Assembly: GCF_031769215.1 (NCBI RefSeq)
Contig: NW_026781960.1
Span: 620,001-684,000, forward strand
From: Ylistrum balloti
Taxonomy: Eukaryota
DNA length: 64,000 bases
Reading direction: 5' to 3'
Position numbers and translations under genes: made by a program. Positions 12,701 to 26,199 of the stretch are shown here, piece by piece. The notes below the pieces were generated by a model, which did no database searches, was not told the origin of the DNA, and saw only the letters and a program-made list of their open reading frames with translations. Each line of letters opens with the position of its first letter. The first letter of the stretch is position 1.

Positions 12701-15700
12701 TTGGCTAAATACCACGACACCCCGAGGCACTAGAATAATATCATAAAGTAAAAATAGAGAAGAATATTTCTTTTTTACAAAATATCAATTAATTAGTACC
12801 TATTCGCTTTTAATGTCTATAAGAAGTTAATTGCAATGCAACTAAGTTTAGTCGTTAATGGTTTTACTGGATTTTCTGGTAATTGACATCATACCTGGTA
12901 TCATATTCTGACTACGATAATTTTGACAAATACCAAAACATTTCTGCACTCACCAATTTGTCGGTTTTGACGAAATTGTTCACATACAAAAGATTTGTCC
13001 ACCATGATTCTGCGCAATTTTTAGTTTCAAATCCTTCATTTATCCATTGGGGACCATCACCGAGGTAAGGTGACAAAGTGGCATCAATCATCAATATCAA
13101 CATATAAGCAGGAGTGAGTCTGTTAAATACAGAATTGAAGAGTTATACACGAACGATTCAGAAAAACTGAAAACGAAATGTCTAAATATTGCAATTTTCT
13201 ATTCACGAACTCACACAATAAGTCAATACATATGATAACAGGCGTTCCGAAAATTAAAAGCAAAAACAAAATATCACGTAGCTCGCGTATTCCAATAACA
13301 TTATGACTTGTTCTCATATGAAAGCCTAGTTTACAACATAACAAGGTTTTCATTTCATCAATTGAAAAACATTGTTAACTTTTAAAATAGTTTGAATAAA
13401 CAATATAAGGCCAGCATTTGGGCAAACAATTCGAGGAAAGAAAATCATTTCAACATGATTTCTTACAATATGGTTCCATTAATTTGATTTATTGACCAAG
13501 GGTATCGTCGAAGAAGCAGAATATGCTTACTATTTCGGAACATCTGGTCGTATTCTTGTACTTTTGTTTATAAGTCTTTGTGTAAATCTTTCTTTTGCTC
13601 ATATTTCGACCTAGCTTTATGGAATTGAGTTTAAATTATGAATATGTTGCCATGTTGGTATTTTCTTGGTAATTTGTTACATTTGGATGTTCAGTCCTGT
13701 CCAAGTTCAGAATTATTCTCAGGATTTTTTTAATGACCTACCTCCAAAATCGATGGAAGTAGAACATAAACCAGTTGATTCGTCCTTTTTCTTTCTTCAT
13801 TTCCTTCAGAACCACATACGCAACGAGTAGCCCGCTGTATAAATGAAATTTGAACTTGACAAAATATGAGAGTATTAATAACATATCATATTTGAAACTT
13901 ATATGATGGTAAGAAACTTTGATTTACTTTTTAAGTTCCTCCAGAGCTCTTATTTTTCGTGTCAAATTTTGTTTTATCTGTTAAATGTTACTTATACTTA
14001 CTTACTGATAGTATATTTTTGTTTGCATGAATTGATGAAAGGAAGCGAACCTAGTGCAAATGAGATGAACTGTGAAGCAGTTCGCCACATAATACAACTT
14101 CAGATGGCATTGCCATACAATGTAGTGTCGCTTTGTTCCAGTTATCGTACGTTTACATTTAAATTAATATTACAAAAACAATGCGCCATGGTTTTAATTC
14201 GTGTCTTTTCGCCGAAAATAAAATCACGCGACCCTTGTCCTTTATCTAAAATAATTTGATTGGAGTTACTTAGTTTCAAGGAGGCAGAAGGAAAGTCAAA
14301 ATGTACTGTAATTTTTTACTAAGCATTTTTAAGATACTAAGTGAATGTTGATCGATCACAGAAAAACATCCAGTCTATACATTTTGTTTAATGCTACTTT
14401 TGATATCATCTCGATTTCACTTTTTAAAAATATTTGTTTTGCCCGAGATAAATCAATTACAAAACTGTACCGTGTATCACTTTAGAAAAGGACGATTTCT
14501 TCACTGAAATTTCATTATTCATTTTTATTTTCAATTTTCAAAATGATTGGAAACTAATGATTTTTCGTGAAGAAGAGAAATAACTCGGATGTGTAAAGAA
14601 AACCTTCGTGAAAAATTGATCACCTACTTCACTGTCACGTGTACACAATTAAGATGTGTTGGTGTATCGAACCTGTTACTATGATAACTGGGTTAGAAAG
14701 ATCATTCCTAAAAACAGAGTATCAGAGTAAAAACTTGACTATAATTAATATACTAAGAACATATGTCAAATTATTCTACTATTGAAAGTGTAAGTATTAA
14801 CAAACGGACTATTTACAAACCTCATAGTAAAAAAGGTGTCTACCGACATCAGTCCATTCATGATAACCATAAAACTCCAGCGAGACAACATACTGGTATA
14901 GTACGACAATGGATTCTCTAAGAAAATAAACCACACATGAAGGCGTCACGATAATAACAAATACCAAGATAAACTAATACAAGTTATTGTATAGCAAGCG
15001 TAGGCATGAATGATGACGTAAACATGCGATGAACATAGTATTTGCAAATAAACATGATTAAGAGAGGATTTGCCAATAAATACTCATGAAAACCTAATAT
15101 AAACAAATTAAAATCCAAAACGGGCAAATACTGTGTATTTATACAGCTTTACATTTATCTTCATTCAATTGAATATTTTGAGCTCAAATTTAACAGAGTT
15201 CATGAAAGACAGCTTTGAATACAAATATATATGGTATATTTACAACCTATGTGTAAAGCTATTCAGTTACCTCGAAAGTTACTTACGAATAAAAGTCATG
15301 GAGAAGGAATATGTGTGTCCGAGTATTACCCACGACATGCTCAGGAACCGGATACCATTCACAGCTCCAAGTGCCCCGCCCTGTTCTGCATTTAAAAGCT
15401 TCTTTCCGTTGGTCCATACGGAGAATGACAGTAGTAGCTTAACAAGAATCCCTTAAGATGAAACATAGCATTATTGATAATTCCTTTTCAAACATTCAAA
15501 TTCAGGTAAGTGTGACAATGGATAGACAAATTTGATTTCCACAAAGAAAAGCGTATAATGCAAAAAGAGGAGTATTATTTTTATCAATAACATAACTTAA
15601 TGTGTTTTATGTTTTTTTAAAGATCATTTTGATATTTTTGTTTACAATTTTTATATGCAAATTTAATCGAATATGAATCGTTTCGTTAAAATGTTACTTT

Positions 15701-18700
15701 GCTTTGTTTTTTGAAAGACAACATATCAGATCTTTTTATTATTCGTCGTATGGTACATACATTATCGACACTATATGTATCTATCATTCCTTCATCAGTA
15801 CCTATAACCAGATGTTTCATATAACATATTATTCGACAAAAATATTGCTCTAAATGTGAAATGAAGGAAGCAATAATGCAAACTCACCATCGCTATGTAC
15901 TTGTGTTTGTTTCGGCGGGACTTCAGTTTCTTCGATAGGAGCAGTGGGATAGATCTTGGGAACACCCTCTTCTGCTGCTGATGAAGCCTTGTACTCCTCC
16001 AAATTTATCTTATAGATAATAGAGGGGAATTCTCCCTGCTTATCGCCCTCTTTCGCTTCAGGTATGGGGGCTTGCACGTCATGAATTGTCTTTGGTTTTT
16101 GTTCCTTTGTTTCAGCAGCTGCCTTATTTCTGGTGAAGTATCCACGCAGTAAGTCGAATGCTGTTGATACTATCATCAGGGCCACGAAAAAACCACATAT
16201 ACTCCTACAAACAAAAATAATTGTTACAACTAATGACACACAGGTTGTGTAAAGAAAAATGGAACAATGGAACATCGAGAGACTAATTCAAAATGCGCGG
16301 ATGTGTTACTGACAACAACGGAATATCTTAAAAATAGAACAGAGGAAATTGTCTTTTCTATTCTTTTAGCAGGTATGTATAATTGTCAATATCCAAACGT
16401 GTTTCTAGTTTTCAGTTTTTAAATATTTATAACAATACAATTAAAACTAGAAGAACACTTACAATCCAACGATCGCTTTGGTGTCGTATGTAGTTTCCAA
16501 CAGACTACAGGTGGTATAGTATGCATAGAGAGGCGAGTCACCGGCCGGTAGTGTGGACAACACTTATGCAAAATAAAGCATAGTCTCTGATATAAGAAAT
16601 TGTCTAGATTGCTTAATGGTGTATAAATATCACGTATAATGATAAACAATAAGAAGACCGTTTAATTTCTTTTACATGTCCTTAGATATTCTTTATCTTT
16701 GCACCATTAGCGTTTACACCAAAATGATGAAAGTAACAGAAATAACGTCCTTTATACCTAAATGACTTTGTTTTTCCAAGAAGGGATAAAAATACTGAAA
16801 GACGAAAATTGAGTCCCTCAACATTATTTTTATTTACTTATTTTTCTATCCAAGGAAATACTACAGAATAAGGGTGATTTTCTTATACAAATTATCGTCC
16901 GTTTGGCACAAAATGGCTAAAATACAAGGAACCAAAAACTAGCTTGTTTAATCTCTCATATCTCAAACCTGTACATACCAACAACCGTTTGTTAAACACG
17001 GTCTATTCCTTAAAACATAACGTCATATTTTGTTTTGTTTATGTTATGCATATTGATCAAGAATAAGGTTATTTCCATCTATGTTTAGCAGGGTAACACT
17101 CCCATTTATTCATGCAAGGTGCAAAGACTCTTGGCCGAAATCAATTGACTGGTGGCAGTGTACATAAATGAATCATATCGTATTTATATAAGAAAAAGGT
17201 TTTAGCAACGGTAAACATTTCAATGTTATCCTTGGGGGTGAGCGTGACATGATGAATAAAGGACAGAAATAAGGGACACTCATGATGGATCGTGATGGTT
17301 TATTGATCTAACTTGAACATAGATCTTGACTTTGAGATAAAAATCACCACCAAATTATAAAAGGGCTGTATGTGAATCCTACCAAGCCCTTTAGTTTGTA
17401 AGTTCCTTTATTCGATGTTAAATCGTGCTATACTGATTAAGTAAATATATGATGTATGATTTATCGTATAAGAAATCAAATCGGGCATTATTAGTAGAGA
17501 TTTCATAACAAAAAATGATATTTGATTTATCAGATCGGATCCATAACTCACGAGCAAACCAATTAAACTAACGCTGTCATCAGACTGTTCATTATAAACT
17601 TAGGCGTATTTGAATGATACTCCATTCTTTTCTCGGAAACATATTTTAAGATATCTTTATACATTTACATCAGCACAATAAGATGAGAAATATTTTGAAT
17701 ACTTACACGCATTAACAAGAATCAGCATGTCATTTTCTCCACAAGTATTTGGTACGCACACACCTTCTTTAAGAACCGCTGAATAACCCTTAACAGAAGC
17801 AGGATTAAAACTAAATTTTCTGACCAACTAACTTTCTGGCAAATCATTGTGTAAAATTGTCCATATAAGTAAATATATAGGTTGTGTGTGATATTTGTAT
17901 CGCTCACGTTAGTTATTTTACAGCACGAAAACTGACATTGTAACTCATTATGGTTAGAAATAAACTGACTTGTTATCTTAAAAGAAAAAGAAATTTTCGA
18001 ATAACAAGTAGATAATTCAAAAGCATGTTGAACAATTTACATTCTTACTTCAGTGGGTGCGTGAAGCACCCCTACGGTCAAAGTTCATCCTATTATCAAG
18101 CAAAGTAAATTGTTAAAACATATATGTTTGTACAACAACCACATGATGAATTGATGTCTGGGGAGCTGAATAATACCTACAAATGTCTGGGTTGTAGATA
18201 AAAGGTTTCATTTTTTATTAATCGTACGAACACGAAATGGAATGCCATCTGGAATTTCATAACCTCGCTGTTTTTTCATTTGTAATTAAATGATTCTGGC
18301 ATTATTATTATTGGTCTAGATGCAATCCAATAGGTATTCAAGGGTATCTCGATAATTTAGCAAAAGTTCGCGCATAAAATCTGTGCTAATCTATGGATTA
18401 CATTATACCCTATCACAAACTTTAAAAATAACGTTTCGCTAATTCCTTTGCATTCATATGTTTCTAAGTAAAAATACTCGAAAATATTAAAGTAACACAT
18501 TAAAAAAATCATATTGCCCTTTCATGGCGATAAATTTCTTAATTCTTCGGAAATTAAGATGTAAGTGAGTGATAGATTGAGTTTCTACTGTAATTATGTA
18601 TTCCATTTATCATTGCTAAATACCTGAATGGAGATAGGTAAGTGGATCATACAGTATCGCGTGGAAAACTCCGAAGGTTGAATATTTAGGCATTGGTCAT

Positions 18701-19972
18701 ACATTCCCGGGAAATACGTATTTCCTTCAAGAATACCTGCTCGAATCTTCCCCATACTGTCTAACACTGTAAAGCGTAATGTACGTATTGGCTCATTGAG
18801 GTTCAACATTCATTTAATATAAAATGATATAATGTTAATAGAAATATATAAGTTCATAAGTAAGTGGTGATAAAACTAAAGCCATCTTATATGATAAACG
18901 TAGTAGGGCTGCATATCAAATATCATAAAACAATTGTAATTTTTTAAGTATGCTTTAAGAAATCAAAGTGAATTAATAATTGCCGACTTCGTTCTTAAAT
19001 ATACAATAAATATTACATCAATATATCAAATAATCTAAAGCTGATAAAAAGTATTGACGCTATTACATAATATCAAAACCAGATTTCAAATGCTCGCTAA
19101 ACTTAATGATATTATGAATAAAACGTTCTCTTCGCCTTTCATTTAATTAGAAACATCAAAACGTGCAACAAATCTTATTTCAAAAGTATTTATATTTAGT
19201 ACAACTTACTTTGGATAGCTTCCATTGAACCTTGGGTAAGTGCAGTCATCATTAGTCCTAGATCCTGAAGACAGAGAGGAGAGACACCCATACCTGTCAG
19301 CATAGCCATGGGATCAAAATTCATGGCAGTCAAGTTGGCTTGTTCAAGAAATGTCTGTAGGTCTCTGGGCCCACTTCCAAGGATTTCGGTTAACATTGCA
19401 GTTATCAAAGTCATGTTGATTTGTTGAAGAAATGTTTGAATATCTTGGGAACCACTGCCAAGGACTTGGGCTAACATTACCGTAAAATTTTCACCGGCAG
19501 TTAATGTCAAATTGTTAAGAACATTTTCAAGTATCGGAAGAGTTACGTCTGTAAGTCCTGCTCCCATACCTGTTATAATGTCTTCGAAGTCAGGTGGTGT
19601 TGATGAAGTATCTTCAATAGTAGAGAGAAATTGAAGGAATTTCAGAACATTGTAAATCATGTCTAAATTCTCATTATCCACTCCAAGAAACGATATATTT
19701 TTAGATTGTGCAAGTTCAAGGAATCGAAAAGTGGTATTGAAACCCATCCGATCAATAATGTTGGAAGTTGCATTCAGAAGTTTGAACGCAGCCTTTACTT
19801 GATTTGTGATGTTCATTCCGGACGAAATGGATGTGGCAAACTTCATAATTCCGTCTGTGTAGATGTCACGTGGAAAATAAGTGTTCGTGTTGTTAACATT
19901 ACCGAAGTACTGACCATCTATGATGGGTACTGTAATAGCCAGTAACAAAACAAGATTCAATAAGCGCGACAT
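9743..19972 (-). CDS. nrf-6: NRF-6-like / O-acyltransferase-like protein, paralog B (complete, 15 exons, 904 aa)
   Basis: Exons 19972-19210, 18766-18624, 17788-17707, 16562-16463, 16204-15888, 15451-15287, 14917-14821, 13834-13742, 13119-12954, 12729-12650, 11885-11778, 11275-11149, 10821-10635, 10326-10184 and 9886-9743 sum to 2715 nt in one open frame. Acyltransferase-3 motifs: NGIRFLSMSWVILGH, SVDTFFTMSGLL, FHRFWRLTP, SWYLANDMQFY, YIKPYCRMGPYIVG, LGRLTYCAYLCH, FEAPMMALEK. Confidence 0.95.
13500..13680 (+). repeat. Dispersed PLE-UTR-type repeat, copy in an intron of NRF-6 B
   Basis: ggtatcgtcgaagaagcagaatatgcttactatttcggaacatctggtc... matches the copies at 1120 and 47745. Confidence 0.6.
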
Positions 19973-20031
19973 TGTTGATGTCAGGTGTCGCAATGCTGTA
20001 TTGAGAATTAATACCGCTTGGTTTTTCTGTC

Positions 20032-20037
20032 TTTATA
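20032..20037 (-). promoter_or_regulatory. TATA box of NRF-6 paralog B
   Basis: TATAAA on minus about 60 nt upstream of the ATG at 19972, in the same context (gtctttatatacta) as in paralog A. Confidence 0.55.
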
Positions 20038-21044
20038 TACTACCAAAGAGACGCTGTCACCTATACATGTTGGCAGCCTTAAAGGAGTTTATCTACTTAA
20101 ATATTGCTGTTGTTATACCCACCTTTATGCAAACAAACCCCAATTTAATATTTATATAACTTAGCACTGTGTACCTGGCTTTTGAGGATTTTTTAAAGGT
20201 TTATGACGAAAGGAAAGGCAAAATATGACCTTGAATTTACATAATTTATCATGAAAAATTACAGCAATTCTGTTTAAAAGCTAACAATGCTTCGGATAAC
20301 TCTTATTTGGTAAATATCATAGATATTTGTTTTAAAGTTTCGAAAGCTGTAAACAAAATCTAGAACAGGATAGGATTACAACTGGTGGATTACATGAAGT
20401 GACCTTAATCACTCTCAATTATGATGTGCAAGCCTTTATATTGCGAAAGTGATCTTCCCCTCAAGTTCGTCATTACATCGTTTCCGAATTTTTTCTAAAT
20501 ACTGTCATTGCGAAATAGGATACAAAGACTAGAATCTACTTGATGCATTGACATAGCTTTAGTAAACGATTACAATTTTTAGCTTGTCTATTTACTGTAG
20601 TCATCTAGATATCAGGAAACAACACTAATAGCAATTTTTTTAAAGAAAACAGCAGTAAGAAAAATATACAGAGACGGACTCTTTAAATGTCTGATCAATA
20701 GACGTGAAAAGGTTATTTCCTATTCTGGATTTGTGGTCTGTCTTAGGCTATTGAATATTGAATATATAGTAGTTCATTGGTGGAATACATATTATTAACT
20801 TAAATCGAAATTGCATGGATAACAGATAGCGACAAAGAAGATGATATGTTTTGTTTGATTTGTTTGCAACTACGTTTTTATTTTTGTTTTATATGATAAC
20901 AAGGGATCGATCATATAAATAGATGTTGCTATATACAGGTTCCCGTTCGATATAAACATTACCACGTGTGATGTCATATACGTTGTATTCGAGTCCCCTT
21001 AGCTATGAAGGCAGCCCTATCCATTGTGTTGGTGTTTAACTATT

Positions 21045-22960
21045 ATATTTGTCGTTTACTTTGTGTTGGTGTCTCTCTGACTACGGCGCCTGTCATTTAC
21101 TTTGTGTTGGTGTCTCTCTGACTACGGCGCCTGTCATTTACTTTGTGTTGGTGTCTCTCTGACTACGGCGCCTGTCATACTTCGTGTCGGTGTTTCTCTG
21201 TCTAAGGCGCCTGTCATTTACTTTGTGTTGGTGTCTCTCTGACTAAGGCGCCTGTCATACTTCGTGTTGGTGTCTCTCTGACTACGGCGCCTGTCATTTA
21301 CTTTGTGTTGGTGTCTCTCTGACTAAGGCGCCTGTCATACTTCGTGTCGGTGTCTCTCTGTCTAAGGCGCCTGTCATTTACTTCGTGTTGGTGTCTCTCT
21401 GACTATGGCGCCTGCCATTTACTTCGTAATGGTATCTCTTTGACTACGGCGCCTGTCATTTACTTGGTAATGGTGTCTCTTTGACTACGGTGCCTGTCAT
21501 TAAGATCGTGTCGGTGTCTCTCTGACTATGGCGCCTGTCATATACTTTGTTTTGGTGTCTCTCTGACTACGGCGCCTGTCATTTACTTCGTGTTGGTGTC
21601 GCTATAACTACGGCGCATGTCAGATACTTCGTAATGGTGTCTCTCTGACTATGGTGCCTGTCATATACTTTGTTTTGGTGTCTCTCTGACTACGGCGCCT
21701 GTCATTTACTTCGTGATGGTGTCTCTCTGACTATGGCGCCTGTCATATACTTTGTTTTGGTGTCTCTCTGACTACGGCGCTTGTCATTTACTTCGTGTTG
21801 GTGTCTCTCTGACTATGGCGCCTGTCATTTACTTTGTGTTGGTGTCTCTCTGACTAAGACGCCTGTCATTCACTTCGTAATGGTGTCTCTCTTACTACGG
21901 CGCCTGTCATTTACTTTGCAATGGTGTCTCTTTGATTACGGCGCCTGTCATTTCCTTCGTAATGGTGTCTCTTTGACTACGGTGCCTGTCATTAATATCG
22001 TGTCGGTGTCTCTCTAACTACGGCGCATGTCATATACTTCGTAATGGTGTCTCTCTGACTACGGCAACTGTCATTTACTTCGTAATGGTGTCTCTCTAAC
22101 TACGGCGATTGTCATTTACTTCGTGTTGGTGTCTCTCTGACTACGGCACCTGTCATTTACTTCGTGATGGTGTCTCTCTGACTATGGCGCCTGTCATATA
22201 CTTTGTTTTGGTGTCTCTTTGACTACGGCGCCTGTCATTTACTTCGTAATGGTGTCTCTTTGACTACGGTGCCTGTCATTTATATCGTGTCGGTGTCTCT
22301 CTGACTACGGCGCATGTCATATACTTCGTAATGGTGTCTCTCTGACTATGGCGCCTGTCATTTACTTCGTATTGGTGTCTCTCTAACTACGGCGATTGTA
22401 ATTTACTTCGTGTTGGTGTCTCTCTGACTACGACACCTGTCACTTACTTCGTGATGGTGTCTCTCTGACTATGGCGCCTGTCATATACTTTGTTTTGGTG
22501 TCTCTCTGACTACGGCGCTTGTCATTTACTTCGTGTTGATGTCTCTCTGACTACAGTTCCTGTCATTTACTTCGTGATGGTGTCTCTCTGACTACGGTCG
22601 CTGTCATTTACTTTGTGTTGGTGTCTCTCTGACTACGGCGTTTGTCATTTACTTCGTGTTGGTGTCTCTCTGACTACGGCGCCTGTCATTTACTTCGTGA
22701 TGGTGTCTCTCTGACTATGGCGCCTGTCATATACTTTGTTTTGGTGTCTCTCTGACTACGGCGCTTGTCATTTACTTCGTGATGGTGTCTCTCTGTCTAA
22801 GGCGCCTGTCATTTACTTCATGTTGGTGTCTCTCTGACTACGGTCGCTGTCATTTACTTCGTGTTGGTGTCTCCCTGACTACGGTCGCTGTCATTTACTT
22901 TGTTTTGGTGTCTCTTTGACTACGGTGCCTGTCATTTACTTCGTGATGGTGTTTCCCTAA
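21045..22960. repeat. 41-bp minisatellite, about 46 copies
   Basis: Unit gtcatttact(t/c)gtgttggtgtctctctgactacggcgcct with occasional 39-bp variants and no unique spacers. Confidence 0.95.
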
Positions 22961-23219
22961 AAGCTCAGGATGCCCTATTCTTGGTGTTGGTGTGTTCCCT
23001 CTACAGAGAATGACAGATACTTAACCTATTGAAAAAGAACAAGAAAATATCAGCATGTCAACATAATCATAATCTAAACATAAATTCAATCAAACAATGG
23101 AAGCATCTGAACAAAAGAAAGATTTACACGGAACCTCCTGAAAATGTACAGTTAGAATAAGACTAGGTGTTCCGGAGGAAATCACTTTGATGACTGTACA
23201 ACTTTCCCATAATCAAAGA

Positions 23220-23620
23220 CACGACAGACTGTTCTACATCATCTGCTTATCTCGAGTTTTCCCTACAACGAAACCAACCTGGACAGCTTTCCACCAAGCT
23301 GAATGATAAAGGTGGTGATTTCCATTTCCCTATTGTGAATTTTCCATTTCTGAATAGCAATACCCAGGCATCTCCAACCTATGGTATTTACATGTCTAAG
23401 TTGATTCAATGTTCAAGGGCCTGTTCCCATTATCACGATTTTTGGGAAACTGGAATTACTGTACAGCTCGGTGGAAAGCTGTCCATGTTGGTGTTGTTGA
23501 AGGAGATCGAGATAGGAGGCTGGTGTAGAAGAGTCTTGTATGTGATTTCCAATTTATGATTGGTTTATACGACGGACGTGGTCAATACATTTCTCGAAAC
23601 GTCATAAACATACGCTGAGT
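23220..23620. mobile_element. Two Penelope-like reverse-transcriptase fragments in inverted orientation
   Basis: Plus strand 23220-23443 reads SSAYLE..GQLSTKLNDKGGDFHFPIVNFPFLNSN..SPTYGIYMSKLIQCSRACSHYHDF, matching the KLYDKRDDFNFPIVNFPFL..NIP motif of a common mollusc retroelement. Minus strand 23445-23620 reads DSSTPASYLDL..GQLSTELY. The PLE assignment is from recall. Confidence 0.65.
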
Positions 23621-25406
23621 CTGTACTTTGTGATGTCATATGTGTTGTGTTGGGGCCCTTTCGTTTATGCTGTTGTATCGAACAAACGGGTCAAACCATT
23701 AAATGAACTACAATGTTCATTTTCGTTCCGGACCGTTTTCAATGACTAAGCTCGCAAGCTTTGACTGAGGGGTCCAGACGGAACCAAGATGGCTGCTCGG
23801 ATAACAAATTAAATAAATGCAATTGGAATTTGACAATAACCTTACGTTTCTACATATGCTAAAATGGATAAAAAGAAAGTATATATTTTAATATTCTTGT
23901 ATATGATCGAAAACTACCGTAAGTGGCACCATTTCTTTATATTATGACATTATATCGCGAATATGAATTACGACAAAACGCATTTCAGTTAAAATAACTA
24001 TGTATCAGTGTTTATCTTCATACTAACAATGCGGACTATATACCTGCCAATAAATACGCTGTTAAGAAGTAACGTGTTATCTCTATTGCATATCAAATAC
24101 TTAAAATATTGCAACCGCATGATTTGTTTTTGTTGAGTATTGTAGATATGTTGTATTCAGTTTATTTAATCATAATAATATGCTTGAGCATTTTAATACA
24201 GAACATGGAAAAGAAATGACTGTTCCTGCATTATCTCTATATAAAGAGTAACTTTAGATAAATTTAGTCATACTATGTATGGTATATCTATGTATCAACT
24301 GTCCTAGGGCTTTATGATATTTGTTTTTCCAGGTTTCTGTTTGAAGCAAATAACAATGTTCGAAAGTTAAAGTTGTACCAGAAAACTATAATTATATTAC
24401 AATTTGATTGATAATTTTATGTTTCATGTATGTAAGAAATAATGTTAATATTGCGCCTTTAGTATATTAACCACAAATTCTTCAAATGTTTGCACCAATA
24501 TTCTACCCTTAGTAATAAACGTAATTGTTTATTAATACAATTTTCTTGGATCAATTAGCCATCTCACAGAAATCTTTGCTGAATACAGGTTGAGCTGAAG
24601 CACATGGATGAATCTTTAATTTTTCAAATTCAAAAATTAAAAATAAGGAATAATTTTCCATTTTCTGTATCATATCAACAAAGTGTTACATAGGACTGTA
24701 TTTACATCCTTTGACATCTATCACTATAACGTCATTAGTAATTAATGTGTTCACGTGTTTGGTTGCTGTATCAATGGAGCCGTTGTAATTTGATGAAGAA
24801 CATAAGAGGTTTAAGGAGAGCAAACCATTATACATTTTATAAATTGTACCAATTCACAATGTAATATTCATTCTTGAAAAGAAAGGTTATCAATACATGA
24901 AAAGTTAAATGTATTTTAATTTCCAGAACTTGCTTTATCTATAGTGGTAATATTTCTTACCGGCTTATTTTTGATTGATACATAACTGTTTTTATTTACT
25001 TTAATGATGTTAATTGAAAAAAATAGGATCTCAATCACCTTCTTAGAATAAAGTAAGATGAAGGAAATGGAAACTTGTATTCGAGAATTTTTGATATATT
25101 TAATGATGAATAAATTATACACAGCTGTGTACAGTCTACTTTTAAAAAAAAACTTATTTCGTACATAGATAACATTGATTTACCACCGTAAAAATAAATA
25201 ACGTATTTAACAGAAATTACAGCATGTATTCAAAATAAATATACTGATTATATACTGTTTGATGAAATATTTTTTTCTAATAAAATTGAATTTTCTGCTC
25301 TCGTTAGTGATGTATATCATCAAACACAGCTCTTATGACATACTATTATGGTACTCAGTCAAGTTAAGCTTAATACCAGTACAGGATCATCAAAGATTCT
25401 TTACAC

Positions 25407-25545
25407 CGCTCTCAAATATTATACAGAAGATAAGAAAAAAGGAAAAGCACATCGGTCTCAAATATTATACAGAAGATAAGAAAAACGAATAGCACACCGG
25501 TCTCAAATATTATACAGAAGATAAGAAAAAAGGAACAGCAAACGG
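25407..25545. repeat. ~46-bp tandem repeat, 3 copies
   Basis: tctcaaatattatacagaagataagaaaaa... occurs three times. Confidence 0.85.
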
Positions 25546-26199
25546 GTTAAAAAGGTTAGTTAAAATGAATGTATTTCAGATATTTAGCCAATAAACGTAG
25601 GAATTACAATAAGAACAAATTTTATGAAATAATCTTTGCTTCATTGAAAATGCATGGCTATCAATCGATAAAATTCTATTCAGAAAAAGTAACATGCTCA
25701 TGCATTGTTCAATAAAATTTTCTGAAGAACAGAAAAATTGTTTATAAATAAGCAAAGCAGGCGTTTTCATTTTTTGATCCTATTTTACTATTATCTCTTT
25801 TGCCATAAAACATGCAAAAACAACAAGAAAAACAATACATAAGTTTCTGATAAAAAGAAAACTAAAGATATTTATGGTCATTGACTTGTGTACTCATTTG
25901 ATTAACAAATAATTAAACAACAAAATGAAGAATGATTTCCTTAAAATATTTGCACAATATACATTTTACAATGCACATGGTACTGGCTTCGTTTGCTATT
26001 TAAATAATTAGTGGATAATTACATAAAATAAGGAAAATAATTGCAAAATGATTTACATCTGAATGAGAGTATGAATACTATTGTTTTATCCTTATCTTAT
26101 ATTTATAAAATTTCCTTTCCTTGACTATAACTATCGACTTTGCAGGTAAGATATAATAAAGAAAGAAGTCTGTCAATTAATATTTTTTATCATTTAATG

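Noticed and set aside
21045-22960. CRISPR-like array or coding repeat (ORF 21781-22017)
   Set aside because: Contiguous monomers with no unique spacers, no cas genes and a eukaryotic context. The ORF is a by-product of a stop-poor unit.
24560-24720. Resemblance to Polinton/Maverick polB (MENYSLF..FEN*RFI)
   Set aside because: Too short and degenerate, with no other Polinton genes nearby. An old thioesterase relic is an equally weak alternative.
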